From Haliotis rubra (taxonomy: Eukaryota), in assembly GCF_003918875.1 (NCBI RefSeq), contig NW_025766081.1, positions 1,178,001 through 1,242,000 on the forward strand: a DNA stretch of 64,000 nucleotides. The letters are read 5' to 3'. Positions 49,601 through 62,388 of the stretch are shown here, piece by piece. A program made the translations under genes and the position numbers. Position 1 is the stretch's first letter, and every line of letters starts with the position of its first letter. Under the pieces are notes generated by a model, which saw only the letters and a program-made list of their open reading frames with translations, was not told where the DNA came from and ran no database searches.

Positions 49601-52600
49601 CCCAGTCAAAACTATATCGTATTGTTGGAGGTGAAAAAAAAACCAAAACTTTGTAAATGAAAATCAAACATCACAAGGCATGATAATTCAATTGTTGTTC
49701 CTGTCATTCTACCTGTTATTCAACTAAGCCAGAAATAGCAATCAGCTGTGCACAGATCAATGTTTTGGTCCAATGTACCGGTGATTCAGTTAAAAACGAT
49801 CCCAAAATATAACATCAAAGAATTTCTATTCCATTATCAGAATAATTTATATATCAAGCAGTTATTCTAACAGAGATCTTATATATTGCTATCGTATAAG
49901 TATAATGCATGTTTTCTACGAACATATTTAACATAATTATGAGCATTGCTAAGCACTTTGGGTTACCTGGCTGGATACATTTTACGTAGGAGACAGTTTG
50001 ACAAGTCACCGCTGACTTCCCGCGGTACGTGCCACTTTGATTGTAAAAACAAAATGTTGGCAATTAATTGTCAAATATGACTTCAGTGAGTCAATAATGC
50101 GGGGTCTTGTGATCAATGGATGACATGGCTGTAATCTGTTCGAGATTGCTGAGAAAAATGTGAAATTGGTGCTATCGCGGTAGGCACGAAAAACGGACCA
50201 TCACGAATGTGGTAAGCGGGCGTTGTATGGAATGAGGTAATGCCATTTCACTCGCGGTTTCTCCGTTGTTATTGTAAACAGTTTTAATGAATGAAAATGG
50301 GATTGAATTTAATCAAATAAAATGTGTTTTCTGACATCATACATTCTCGGATGGCGGTGTTTACCCGCGTTATTACACGGTGTGTTGCATCACAGCAAAC
50401 GTAAGTACTCGGCTGATGGCATGTCTTTATGATAAAGTTATTACAATGTTTCCCTGCTCATCTATTATTATTGAGAAAAAAACCTGCATGTTTTAAGCAT
50501 CTGAAAAAACATGGATGTGTACGATAAACACTGTTAATTGCAATCCGCACTGAATTTCAATAGTTTACAACATGATTAACCAGAGCTCAACAGCGGATTT
50601 GTTGATGTGCCATTTTCGATGACGTGAAGATGTGTCATCACTGGGCAACCTTTTTTATGGGAGCCACGGATTACGGTTTAACCGAATCTGCGGTATCGCG
50701 AAGAGCGTTATTGCGAAGGATGACTGTACTTCAGTGAGTTATATTTATAGAGGTAGTGGGGTAGCTTAGTGGTTAAACTGTTAGCTCATCATCCCGAAGA
50801 CCCGGGTTCAATTCCACACATGGATACAATGTGTGAAGCACATTACTGGTGTAGCCCACCTTGATATTGCTGGAATATTGTTAAAAGCTTAAATCTATAC
50901 TATCTCACTCATTCATGAATGGTGTCATGTTGACATTTCACTTACATTTCAGGATGTGACCATCACAAATGACGGTGCCACTATTCTGAAGCTGTTAGAG
51001 GTTGAACATCCAGCAGCCAAAGTCTTGGTGGAGTTGGCAGACCTTCAAGACCAGGAAGTTGGTGATGGAACCACTTCTGTGGTGAGTTACTTCCCTTTGG
51101 TTGCACAGCACTCGCCTTCTGCATTGTTGGCAGCAATAGTGTATAGAGCTTGGCGAGCAGGTTGTTGCTGTCTGGAGGCTTTTCACAGTGTAGGGCTTGC
51201 CATTATGACACTTAGTGTAGAAGATACGCTACCTTCACAGTGTAATGATGAAATGTGTTAACTGATGTGGTCTTTTCCTCGGACATGATACAATCCAGTT
51301 CTTAGACTTCAGAGCAGGTTATGCCTCCAGTACTTCAAATATTCAAACTATTGAGCATCTAATGGAGAAAAGGTGAAAGGTTGTTTAAGCATGTTGAGTC
51401 GGACACTGATCCTATGGTTGGCATGTGTTGTCCCTCAAGCTATTCACTCTCTGGTTTGTGGCCTGGGCCCCGTTTCATAGTAGCGTTAAGGTGGTCGAGC
51501 TCCCATACTTTAACATAGACTTACGACAGTCTTAGCGCTACGATAGCTTTGTGAATCGGGGCCCTGGACTCCAGAAATGACAGAAGTGTGATGCTGCTGG
51601 CATTAGTATGGCGTCAAACAGGTGACAAGGCAATTTCCGTCTAGGACAAGCAACATTAGTGATGCTCTGCTTTGTTTGGGATAAGCAAATATCATTGAGG
51701 ACCCTGAAGTTTGATGATGTTCCATGATTATGTTCATGTCCTGGTCCAGAAAACAATCTGGTATGATGTGTTGTTTATTGTGTCTCTTGTTTGTGTTGTA
51801 GGTGATTATTGCTGCTGAGCTCCTGAAGAATGCAGATGAGCTTGTCAAGTGTAAAATTCACCCCACCTCCATCATCAGTGGCTACAGGCTGGCCTGCAAG
51901 TGAGTGCATGTGACACCATGTTCTGTTGAAGATATAGTGCTTGACATTCCTAACTAAAGGGTAGGCAAGCATAAGTTACTGAATGTGAGGCTGAACTGCT
52001 TGATGAATCAGTTACTGTGAGGCTGAACACCTTGATGAATCAGTTACTGTGAGGCTGAACTGCTTGATGAATCAGTTACTGTAAGGCTGAACAGCTTGAT
52101 GAATCAGTTGCTGTGAGGCTGAACACCTTGATGAATCAGTTACTGTGAGGCTGAACAGCTTGATGAATCAGTTACTGTGAGGCTGAACAGCTTGATGAAT
52201 CAGTTACTGTAAGGCTGAACACCTTGATGAATCAGTTGCTGTGAGGCTGAACACCTTGATGAATCAGTTACTGTGAGGCTGAACAGCTTGATGAATCAGT
52301 TACTGTGAGGCTGAACAGCTTGATGAATCAGTTACTGTGAGGCTGAACAGCTTGATAAATCAGTTACTGTGAGGCTGAACACCTTGATGAATCAGTTACT
52401 GTGAGGCTGAACAGCTTGATGAATCAGTTACTGTGAGGCTGAACAGCTTGATGAATCAGTTACTGTGAGGCTGAACAGCTTGATGAATCAGTTACTGTGA
52501 GGCTGACCAGCTTGATGAATCAGTTACTGTGAGGCTGAACAGCTTGATGAATCAGTTACTGTGAGGCTGAACAGCTTGATGAATCAGTTACTGTGAGGCT

Positions 52601-55600
52601 GAACTGCTTGATGAATCAGTTACTGTGAGACTGAACTGCTTGATGAATCAGTTACTGTGAGACTGAACTGCTTGATGAATCAGTTACTGTGAGGCTGAAC
52701 ACCTTGATGAATCAGTTACTGTGAGGCTGAACAGCTTGATGAATCAGTTACTGTGAGGCTGAACAGCTTGATGAATCAGTTACTGTTAAAGCTTGTTTCT
52801 AGATGCTTTATTACTGTTTGTAATGCAGAACAGCTTTATGGTAGTTACTCAGTTGATGCTTATTAGATTTAACAGCTTGATGGTATGGACAGTTTCTGAG
52901 GCTGGACAATACAGATTGGTTGCAGGGCTGCAACGATTTGGTTCGATTCACCGAAATCGACCTGCCGTGATATTGCTTGAATATTGCTAAAAGCGGCGTA
53001 AAACCATACTCACTGAAAATCGAATCTGTCACCTTAGTTTTGATTTTCGATAACCATTATCACTATTTCGATTCAATATTTGAGTACCTATTCAAATTAT
53101 TTCCACACAGCCAGAATGTAATTTTGACTCGAACTCGAGCAGTTTCGAGCAATGAAATAAGACGAAAGGTGATTGGTTGACGTTGGGCAAATTATCCAAT
53201 GAGAATTATTGTTAGTAGACAGCGCCAAGTTGACGATGGAGTTCACACTTAAAAAAGCCGAGTCTGAGAGTTAAATTAGATCTGATGTTTTTACATGTAT
53301 AAAGAATCGAATCGAATCGAAAATGATCGAATCGAGGGTCCAATATCGAAAATCGAATCGAGGTCTGGTTGAATCGTTGCAGCCCTAGTTGGTTGTAGTT
53401 TGGAACAGCTTAATGATACTGACTGTCTGTTTTCAGAGAGGCTGTCAAGTACATCCAGGAGAATCTGACCATCAATGTTGATGAACTTGGACGGGACTGC
53501 ATCGTGAACGCTGCCAAGACAAGCATGTCCAGCAAGATCATTGGAGCGTATCCTTCCATATTGTAGTCATTATTCAGAGACTTTACTCATCTGTAAAAGT
53601 TCACGTTATTTGTTCGCATGACATGTCTTGATGTGTGTGGGTAGTCATCATTAATGCTGTATGGCTGCTGAACATGCTACATAACCCTTAGAGGTTTCAT
53701 GTATTTATATGGCATTTGGTAAAACCTAACAGTCCTCTTTAACATGGTTACTGTAAGACAGTAGAATAATTTTGGACCCTTGTAAATGCCAAAGTTATGC
53801 TTTAGTTTGAAAATGGTTGCATAAATGTGATTGACATGGTTAACTTGCTTGAACATAGATCTGAAAAGGTCTGTTTTCACAGTATCAGTCATAGAAGACA
53901 GGGTGCCATTGTACAAAGCAACCACAGCACTATGACTGTTGTAAGTCTATGCTTAGGTGTGGGAGTTATGGTCACCTACAGGTCACTCTTCGCACCATGA
54001 TTGTAAGTCTATGCTTAGGTGTGGGAGTTACGGTCACCTTCGCACAGATTGCTCTCTTCAACGGCACCATGATCCTACTACCCCTAGTACCTCGTGACAA
54101 TCCTGAAACATTCGTCTTTGAAAATCTTGCCGGAATCTCATTTGACCACTTGCCTCGGTGAGAAACAATAAAAATGGATACTTGCAGCAGTTCAATATTT
54201 TTGTTGAATGAGTTCAGTTCCTTAACCCGCCTAGTGAATCTGATTTTTTTGCCAACATGTGTGTGGATGCAGGTTACCTGATCAAGACCCCTGATGGCAA
54301 GGGAGGCTATAGATATCCAATAAAGGCTATCAATGTTCTCAAGGCTCACGGCAAAAGTAGCAAGGAGTCACTCCTCATCAATGGATATGCCCTAAACTGC
54401 TCCGTGGCATCACAAGGTGGGTTATCAGGGTGCACAGCTCGATCTGTTATTTGTTGCGAGTTCTAAATATGGATGAAATTGATAAATTCTTTGTTGCAAT
54501 ATTGATTGTGCTTTGAGGGACAGGTCTCACCAAGTGGTCAACATCAGCATGTAGTGACCTGTCTATTTTGTCTTCTCTCACATGGGCAGGTGGGGACAGC
54601 CTAGTGGTTAACATCAGCATGTAGTGACCTGTCTATTTTGTCTTCTCTCACATGGGGAGGTGGGGACAGCCTAGTGGTTAACATCAGCATGTAGTGACCT
54701 GTCTATTTTCTATTTTGTCTTCTTCTCACATGGGCAGGTGGGGACAGCCTAGTGGTTAACATCAGCATGTAGTGACCTGTCTATTTTGTCTCACATTCTC
54801 ACATGGGACAGGTAGTGGTTAACATCAGCATGTAGTGACCTGTCTATTTTGTCTTCTCTCACATGGGCAGGTGGGGACAGCCTAGTGGTTAACATCACAG
54901 TGACCTAGTGGTTAACATCAGCATGTAGTGACCTGTCTATTTTGTCTTCTCTCACATGGGGAGGTGGGGACAGCCTAGTGGTTAACATCAGCATGTAGTG
55001 ACCTGTCTATTTTGTCTTCTCTCACATGGGCAGGTGGGGACAGCCTAGTGGTTAACATCAGCATGTAGTGACCTGTCTATTTTGTCTTCTCTCACATGGG
55101 GAGGTGGGGACAGCCTAGTGGTTAACATCAGCATGTAGTGACCTGTCTATTTTGTCTTCTCTCACATGGGAGGTGGGGGGACAGCCTAGTGGTTAACATC
55201 AGCATGTAGTGACCTGTCTATTTTGTCTTCTCTCACATCACATGGGGATGTGGGGACAGCCTAGTGGTTAACATCAGCATGTAGTGACCTGTCTATTTTG
55301 TCTTCTCTCACATGGGGAGGTGGGGACAGCATAGTGGTTAACATCAGCATGTAGTGACCTGTCTATTTTGTCTTCTCTCACATGGGGAGGTGGGGACAGC
55401 CTAGTGGTTAACATCAGCATGTAGTGACCTGTCTATTTTGTCTTCTCTCACATGGGGAGGTGGGGACAGCATAGTGGTTAACATCAGCATGTAGTGACCT
55501 GTCTATTTTGTCTTCTCTCACTTGGGGAGGTGGGGACAGCCTAGTGGTTAACATCAGCATGTAGTGACCTGTCTATTTTGTCTTCTCTCACATTGGCAGG

Positions 55601-58600
55601 TGGGGACAGCATAGTGGTTAACATCAGCATGTAGTGACCTGTCTATTTTGTCTTCTCTCACATGGGGAGGTGGGGACAGCCTAGTGGTTAACATCAGCAT
55701 GTAGTGACCTGTCTATTTTGTCTTCTCTCACTTGGGGAGGTGGGGACAGCATAGTGGTTAACATCAGCATGTAGTGACCTGTCTATTTTGTCTTCTCTCA
55801 CATGGGCAGGTGGGGACAGCCTAGTGGTTAACATCAGCATGTAGTGACCTGTCTATTTTGTCTTCTCTCACATGGGGAGGTGGGGACAGCCTAGTGGTTA
55901 ACAGTGTGCGAAATGTTCGCTGATCCTGTGGTCCCTGGCTAGTAAAAATTGATCAAGACCACTTAATGATAAGTTTGCACTGTTGGCCAGTTAATTTTGT
56001 ATTGGTAGTTAAGTAAATCAACAATTGTTATTTGGGACCAGTGAAGTACAGACAGGACCACTAATTATTTTCCATTCACTGATCATATGGTCTAGTGGGA
56101 AATTAAGAAAGATTTGTTTTCCTGGGTTATAGCATTCGCTCGTCACGCCGAAGGCCCAGGTATGATTCCCCGCATGGGTACAATGTGTGAAGCCGATTTC
56201 TGAGGTCCTACGTCGTGATGTTGCTGGAATATTGCTAAAGACGGCATATACCTTACTCCCTCACTCTTCTCTCAGTTGAAAACGTTTCTAAACAGCTGTT
56301 GTCATTGATTTTATAATAAATACATGGGCGATCTCGTGCCAAAATACATAAGCTGCATTTGCGAGATTGACAGGTTATGTTAGCTCTTTTCATGAGCAAT
56401 CAATACGAACGATAGCAATCCATGTCTTCTGCATTACGCACATGATTTTTAGAAATATATTCCGTACCCATATGTTTAAACCTTTTGTGTATCAAGCATT
56501 TTTCAGTGTGTAATTGATACGCTACAATGATTTTTCAATGTGTACTTGGACATTTTCGATGGATATTTTACCCGGATACGCAGCTTATCTGGGCCTCTGA
56601 ACACTGTCAAAGCAACCTGTGAAGGTCTGGGTTAGAATTGATCTTCAGTAAGTCATGCTTGTCATAAGAGGCAACTAACGGGATCGGGTGGTCAGGCTCG
56701 CTGACTTGGTTGCCACATGTCATTGTATCCCACTAGCGTAGATCAATACTCATGGTGTTGATCACTGGATTTTCTGGTCCAGACTCGATTATTTACAGAC
56801 CGGCACCATATAGTTGGAATATCACTGAGTGTGGTGTAAAGCTAAACTCACTGAATCACTCGTTTGACTAGTCCAGGGTTGATTATGTACAGGATGCCAT
56901 CCTCAATCTAAATACAGCTTGAAATTAATCTACGAGTGTTACGTTTGCAAGAAGGTTGTTTTGAGGGAATCAGTATACCTTTTATGACATGAGTTTCATG
57001 TTTCTTTCAGCAATGAAGAAGAGGATAGTTGGTGCCAAGATTGCCTGTCTTGACTTCAGTCTTCAGAAAACTAAGATGCATCTAGGTGTACAGGTCCTTG
57101 TAGAAGATCCTTCCAAACTAGATGGTATCCGACAAAGGTGAGAGTGCAGTCTCACCCATCACTGTGATCATATAATTACAAATAACAAAAGATTTCATAA
57201 TGTATCTGTCACTTACGAGGGATGTTTTACTCCTATATATCTGCAGACATGAAGTAATTACTTACTTACTTAGGCCTGACACCCCTCGTGGGGCATAGGC
57301 CGTCCACTACAGATATCCAGATCCCCCTGTCTTGGACTTTCCTCTCCTTGTGGTTCCAAGTGAATACACTGTTCTTTATATCATCATCGAGGTTGCATTG
57401 CCAGGTGTTTTGGGCCTGCCTTTCCTTTTCTCCCAGGGGCGACGGGGTAGCCTAGTGGTTAGAGCGTTTCCTTGTCACGCCAAAGACCTGGGTTCGATTC
57501 CCCAAATGTGTACAATGTGTGAAGCCCATTTCTGGTGTCCCTCGCCGTGATATTGCTGGAATATTGCTAAAAGCGGCGTAAAACTAAACTCACTCACTCT
57601 TTTCCCCTATTTGTCCCCTGAGGATAAAGTAATTGTCGTCAATGTTTACCATGTTTACATTTTTAAAGGAAAAGGAAACCTTTTTGTGTGTTGCACTGAA
57701 ATACGTTTCTGCATTTGGAGCTAGTGTGCTTCTGCTTACTGAATTAAACATTTCAAGAAACACGATAAATGTTCCCGGTGTTACCATTTACAGTGTTCAG
57801 AACATTACAGAGCTAATTGTTTACCTGTTATTAAATGTAATATATTCTTTTTTGTGTTGTGTTGGTTTAAGAAGTTTGATTAAACTGATAGTTTATGTAG
57901 AATATTAGGATTACACCATCAGACAAAGAATGTACAGTTATGTGCAGTGTGCATAGTAGTTTCCCTGAAAGTTATTAGCCCACAAAATAATTCACTAGCC
58001 TGAAATTTTAATGTAGAAACTAACCAAACGATTACGAAAATAGATGAGAATAAGATATTGTCGGCATGATCGGATTTCCTCATTAAGCTGCTTAATATGA
58101 TGAAGATTTTTATCAGGCCATAATTTTGGATGATTTAAAAGTGTATTATAAATTAACAAGTCGGAGAAAGTGGTATATTTACAAAATGACCCCATGAAGA
58201 TTCACTAGCCAGTCAGGCCAGTGACTGTGGAGATTTACTGGCCCGACTGGATTTTTACTAGCCAAAGGCTAGCGAGCAGTCGCTTTTTCGCACAGTGGTT
58301 GTGTGTACATTCATTGCTGATAATCACTGTATATTTTTTCTTCCCTTGTGAACAGAGAATCTGACATCACCAAGGAGAAGATCCAAAAGATCATCAGCGC
58401 TGGTGCCAATGTAATTCTGACAACAGGTGGCATTGATGACTTGTGTCTGAAGTACTTCGTAGAGGCTGGCGCCATGGCGGTCAGGCGGTGTAAGAAGGCT
58501 GACCTCAAGAGGATAGCCAGAGCTACTGGAGGTGGGTCAAGGGGGGGGTTACTGTTAATATATGGCCATGTCACCGTCAGTGGGCTTTCTTGTGGGTTCT

Positions 58601-61600
58601 CTACAAAGGTTATTATCCCCTCTGTGAAGTGGCATACATATAGGACCTGGGGCGGTGGTGTAGCCAAGTGTTATAGCGATCGCTCGTCATGCCGAAGACC
58701 CAGGTTCGATTCCCTACATGGGTACTATGTGTGAAGTCCATTTCTGGTGTCCCCCGTTCTGATATTGCTGGAATATTGCTAAAAGTGGCGTAAAACCATA
58801 CTTTCTCTTCACACATATAGAAATTGTTGCTTTCAGTCTATCAAGTTCTTTTTCTGAAGCATTACTCAAAGATTGTTCAGGATTTCTTGATCAAACTTCG
58901 CACATACATTCTTCTGGTCATTAGGCTTTAGGGATATAGTCAACTTTTCTTGGCAATAAACTTGACATAGCTCATATACCTTTAATATTTCTTGTTTAAA
59001 CATCGCCAAGATTTAATTGTAAGGAAACTTTTGTTTCTTCATCTTATCAGTTTTCCATGAGTATATTTATTTCATACAAACACTGAAAAGCCAATGTATG
59101 ATACCCACTTCTACATGAAACACTTCTTGTTTCAGTCTTAGTAAAATCAGATCTATTCTAGATCTAAATAAGATTATAGCCAAATCAGGTAACTTCATTT
59201 GGACGTAAGGGGAACTTTGACCCACAATCAATGTGAAAGATACATGCTGATGCTGGCTTTCTAAAACAATTTGGCTGAAAGTCCTTTACAGCCAGTGATA
59301 GGGAAAGTCGAGCTCTGCCAAGTCACCCCACAATACAAATGTACTAGGTTACATTCATTCATCATTGGCTGATTGACACACCACTTCAAGCCACCTCCGT
59401 ACATAGTGGTACTGTAGTCTCAGTAATGAATAATGTACATTGTAGCCACATTCCTGATGACACTGGCCAACCTGGACGGAGAGGAGTCGTTCGAGACGTC
59501 TATGCTGGGACAAGCTGAGGAGGTGGTCACAGAGAGAATCTGTGATGATGAGCTTATTGTCATCAAAGGGTGAGCTTCTATACTTCCCATAGTGTGATCT
59601 TTGTCCCAGTTACTGTTACAATGGTAACCAGTAAAGTTACAATAACATGGAGGATGACTTATTATTGATTTACTGAGCAGATGATGAAGATAGTAATGTG
59701 CTAGAATCATTCTCCACTCCCTGTCTGGTTGTATCATGGTTTTTCAGCACCATACCCATACTGTTTCAAAGCGACCCATGAAGATCCGGTTTAGAACTGA
59801 TCTTCAGTAACCTATTTTTGTCGTAAAAGGCGACCAATGTGATCGGGTGGTCAGGCTTACTGACTTGGTTGACACATGTCATCGCATCCGAATTGCGTAG
59901 ATCAATGCTCATACTGTTGATCACTGGAATCTCTGGTCCAGACTCAATTATTTACCGACTGCCGCCATATAGCTGGAATGTTGCTGAGTGTGGCCTACAC
60001 CTAAACTCTCTCACTGTTTCAAAGGCTTAAAGGCTTTTCACCTGCATCACATGAGGATTTCATCACACATCAAAGTAACACAAACTGAAAATTCTAAATC
60101 CTACTCAGAAATAAATATAACTCAACTACTTATCCTGTCTTCACTGTTGGAAGCCGCATGTAACATGCTGGCCTTAAAAAAAGTATTGTAAAAAGGTAAA
60201 ACAATAACTGTTTTGCTTGAAGGACTAAGGCTCGAACTGCCGCGTCAATCATCCTACGAGGAGCCAACGACTTCATGTGTGATGAGATGGAGCGATCTGT
60301 TCATGATGCCCTGTGTGTGGTCCGGCGAGTGTTGGAATCCAAGACCGTCGTTGTTGGAGGTGGTGCTGTTGAAGCAGCTCTGTCCATATATTTGGAGAAT
60401 TTTGCAACATCCCTGGTAAATATGATTCTTTATCCATGTGTTAGGGCTCGGGTGGTACAACCTGCTATGATACAGTATGTGCCACATTTGGGAGGCTATG
60501 TCATAAATGTCATGTTACAGAAATAACAACACTAGCTAAACTCCTTATTAAGAGCTGGGTTGCAAGTGGTCTTCGGCAAGCTGCCAACCCATGTTTGTAA
60601 GAGGCAACATAGAGGATTGGGTCGTCACACTCACTATGACTTTTTACTGCTACCCCACCACCCCTTTTCTGATAGCAAAATAGAGTAAACCCATGTATCG
60701 ATTTCAAGTGTCTGACTGCTGTAAAACAGGACCTATCTCTATCACTGCATCATCTGACCCTGGCTGCAGGGAACAACAATGGATGTGGTGATGCATGGTA
60801 TGGAAAAATTGGTCACACAGCATATATAGGTTGTGCTATGAAAATGGTTCTTGACAATTGTTTTGGATTGAAGATTGTTAGTATATAGTCTTTGGCACCT
60901 GTTTACACTGATTTAGTTCTATGTGTCCAAATGCTGATGATTGGATGTTCATTGTATGTTTTTTGGATGAAAGACTGCCTATAAGTGGTCTTTGGATCCT
61001 ACATACACTGATTTAATGTGTTCAAATACTTATGATCACTGGGGTGGTAGGGTAGCGTAGTGGTTAAAGCGTTCGCTCATCATGCCGAAGACCCGGGTTC
61101 GATTCCCCACATGGTTACAATGTGTGAAGCCCATTTCTGGTGTCCCCGCCGTGGTATTGTTGGAATATTGCTAAAAGCGGCGCGTAAAAGTCACTCACTC
61201 ACTCACTCACTCATGATCACTGCCTGTTTTCCAGTCATCAAGAGAGCAGCTGGCTATAGCTGAGTTTGCCAAATCCCTACTCGTCATCCCGAAACAGTTG
61301 TCAGTGAATGCAGCCCAAGACTCTACTGATCTGGTGGCCAAATTAAGGGCATACCACAACACCTCCCAGACCAAGGCAGAACACAGCGATCTCAAGTGGT
61401 GAGTGGAAGTTTTATTGGCTATCATAGTCAGATACTGTTGTTTTAAACTTTGTGTTGAACATACTGTTGTTTAAATTTTGTGTCGAACATATACTGTGTC
61501 TCGAAGTAAATTCTTCAACCCTTTATTCATTGTTTTGTCAGTTGCATCGAACCTAGGATAACTCAAACAATGTACTTTGTTCCTTTCAACCTTGACACAA

Positions 61601-62122
61601 CAGTCTTTGACTGTATTAGGGTTTGACATGTTTAAAGGATGATTGAATGTCTATAGAGGTATTTCATCACTTCATCACAAAGATGATTTTGCTGTTACTA
61701 CTGGTACCGGACCTGGTACCGAACCCTCTGTTCAGTAGGCCCTGTAATGATCCCTGTTGTAATTCTGGGGAAATTGCCTCTCATATGAGTCCAGCTCGAG
61801 GACTTGATCAAGTGTGTATAATTTACCTGTATCAATCAGAGGATTTTGTGGTCCAGACACTTGGTTCTTGGCAATTTTTGTTGCCGATAATAACACTGAT
61901 GACTTCTTTTCTTGCAGGATTGGCCTGGACCTGGTAGAGGGCATCGTTCGGGACAACAAGAAAGCTGGAGTTCTTGAGCCGGCAATGTCAAAGGTCAAGT
62001 CACTGAAGTTTGCCACAGAGGCTGCCATCACAATTCTGCGTATTGATGATATGATCAAAATGACCCCTGAACAAAAACAAGGAAGTTCGTACCAGGACGC
62101 TATCCGGAGGGGAGACTTGTGA
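46615..62122 (+). CDS. TCP1: T-complex protein 1 subunit alpha (CCT-alpha), 12 exons, 555 aa
   Basis: Exons 46615-46687, 48875-48960, 50953-51081, 51802-51899, 53437-53547, 54235-54416, 57011-57137, 58356-58531, 59446-59569, 60223-60415, 61235-61398, 61918-62122 (1668 nt, phases consistent, GT-AG). Motifs [64 protein letters not shown]. Confidence 0.97.
48226..48392. mobile_element. hAT-like MITE with a 6-bp TSD (same family as 32087-32260, opposite orientation)
   Basis: TIR CAGGGATTGGGA / TCCCAATGCCTG; TSD GGTTCT at 48220-48225 and 48393-48398. Confidence 0.85.
49443..50726. mobile_element. Non-autonomous Tc1/mariner(pogo)-type DNA transposon in TCP1 intron 2
   Basis: TIR CAGTCATCCCTCGCCATAACGCT / AGCGTTATTGCGAAGGATGACTG with TA TSD. 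Confidence 0.85.
51466..51563. mobile_element. PIF/Harbinger-like MITE (single-unit form of the 9686 family)
   Basis: GGCCCCGTTTCA / TGAATCGGGGCC TIR, CTG TSD on both sides; the interior is the reverse complement of the 53-bp unit. Confidence 0.8.
51985..52786. repeat. 32-bp minisatellite, about 25 copies, in TCP1 intron 4
   Basis: Unit GTGAGGCTGAACAGCTTGATGAATCAGTTACT. Confidence 0.97.
52923..53387. mobile_element. hAT-type MITE containing a SINE tail fragment
   Basis: TIR CAGGGCTGCAACGATT / AATCGTTGCAGCCCTA; 8-bp TSD ATTGGTTG / GTTGGTTG; subterminal (AATCG)n. Confidence 0.85.
53548..54234 (+). other. U12-type (minor spliceosome) GT-AG intron, TCP1 intron 5
   Basis: 5' splice site GTATCCTTCC; branch TTCCTTAAC at 54218-54226; TAG 8 nt later with no polypyrimidine tract; splicing restores [14 protein letters not shown]. 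Confidence 0.93.
54532..55901. repeat. 70-bp minisatellite, about 19-20 copies, in TCP1 intron 6
   Basis: Unit ACATCAGCATGTAGTGACCTGTCTATTTTGTCTTCTCTCACATGGGGAGGTGGGGACAGCCTAGTGGTTA. Confidence 0.97.
56614..56861 (+). mobile_element. Family B retroposon
   Basis: Match to the consensus from ACCTGTGAAGGTCTGGGTTAG to the tail. Confidence 0.88.
57258..57435 (-). mobile_element. RTE-type LINE 3' end
   Basis: Minus strand reads KRKGRPKT...[11 protein letters not shown] followed by a (TAAG)n tail. Confidence 0.65.
57436..57599 (+). mobile_element. tRNA-derived SINE, family A (further copies near 49152-49300, 50750-50913, 58649-58800)
   Basis: A and B boxes and family tail. Confidence 0.88.
57945..58297. 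mobile_element. hAT-type MITE
   Basis: CAGTGTGC / GCACAGTG ends, 8-bp TSD GTTATGTG / GTTGTGTG, repeated ACTAGCC motifs. Confidence 0.65.
59772..60012 (+). mobile_element. Family B retroposon, full length with TSD
   Basis: 12-bp TSD ACTGTTTCAAAG at 59760-59771 and 60013-60024 defines both ends. Confidence 0.92.
61042..61212 (+). mobile_element. tRNA-derived SINE, family A, ending 22 nt upstream of TCP1 exon 11
   Basis: TSD ATGATCACTG at 61032-61041 and 61213-61222. Confidence 0.92.
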
Positions 62123-62388
62123 TGACCTGTCAGGGAGTTTAGAAGGACTGTTTACATTATCAGCTTCTAGGGGTGACTCTGTTACCATCCTTTGTATCAT
62201 GTTTTGCCACACTCATTGTCTCTGACAAGCGTCAGTTTGTGTTGGCACACATTGTCTCTATCTGATGAGCGTCAGGTTGTTGGCAACTCAGAATTTTGGG
62301 ACAAGTGTCACGAATTTGCATCTAAGTGCTTCATTATTTAATTTATCACCACCAACTGTGTGAAGAATTCCTGTACTCACGATTTCGA

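Noticed and set aside
51985-55901. CRISPR-like arrays
   Set aside because: Head-to-tail repeats with no unique spacers, inside eukaryotic introns, and no cas genes.
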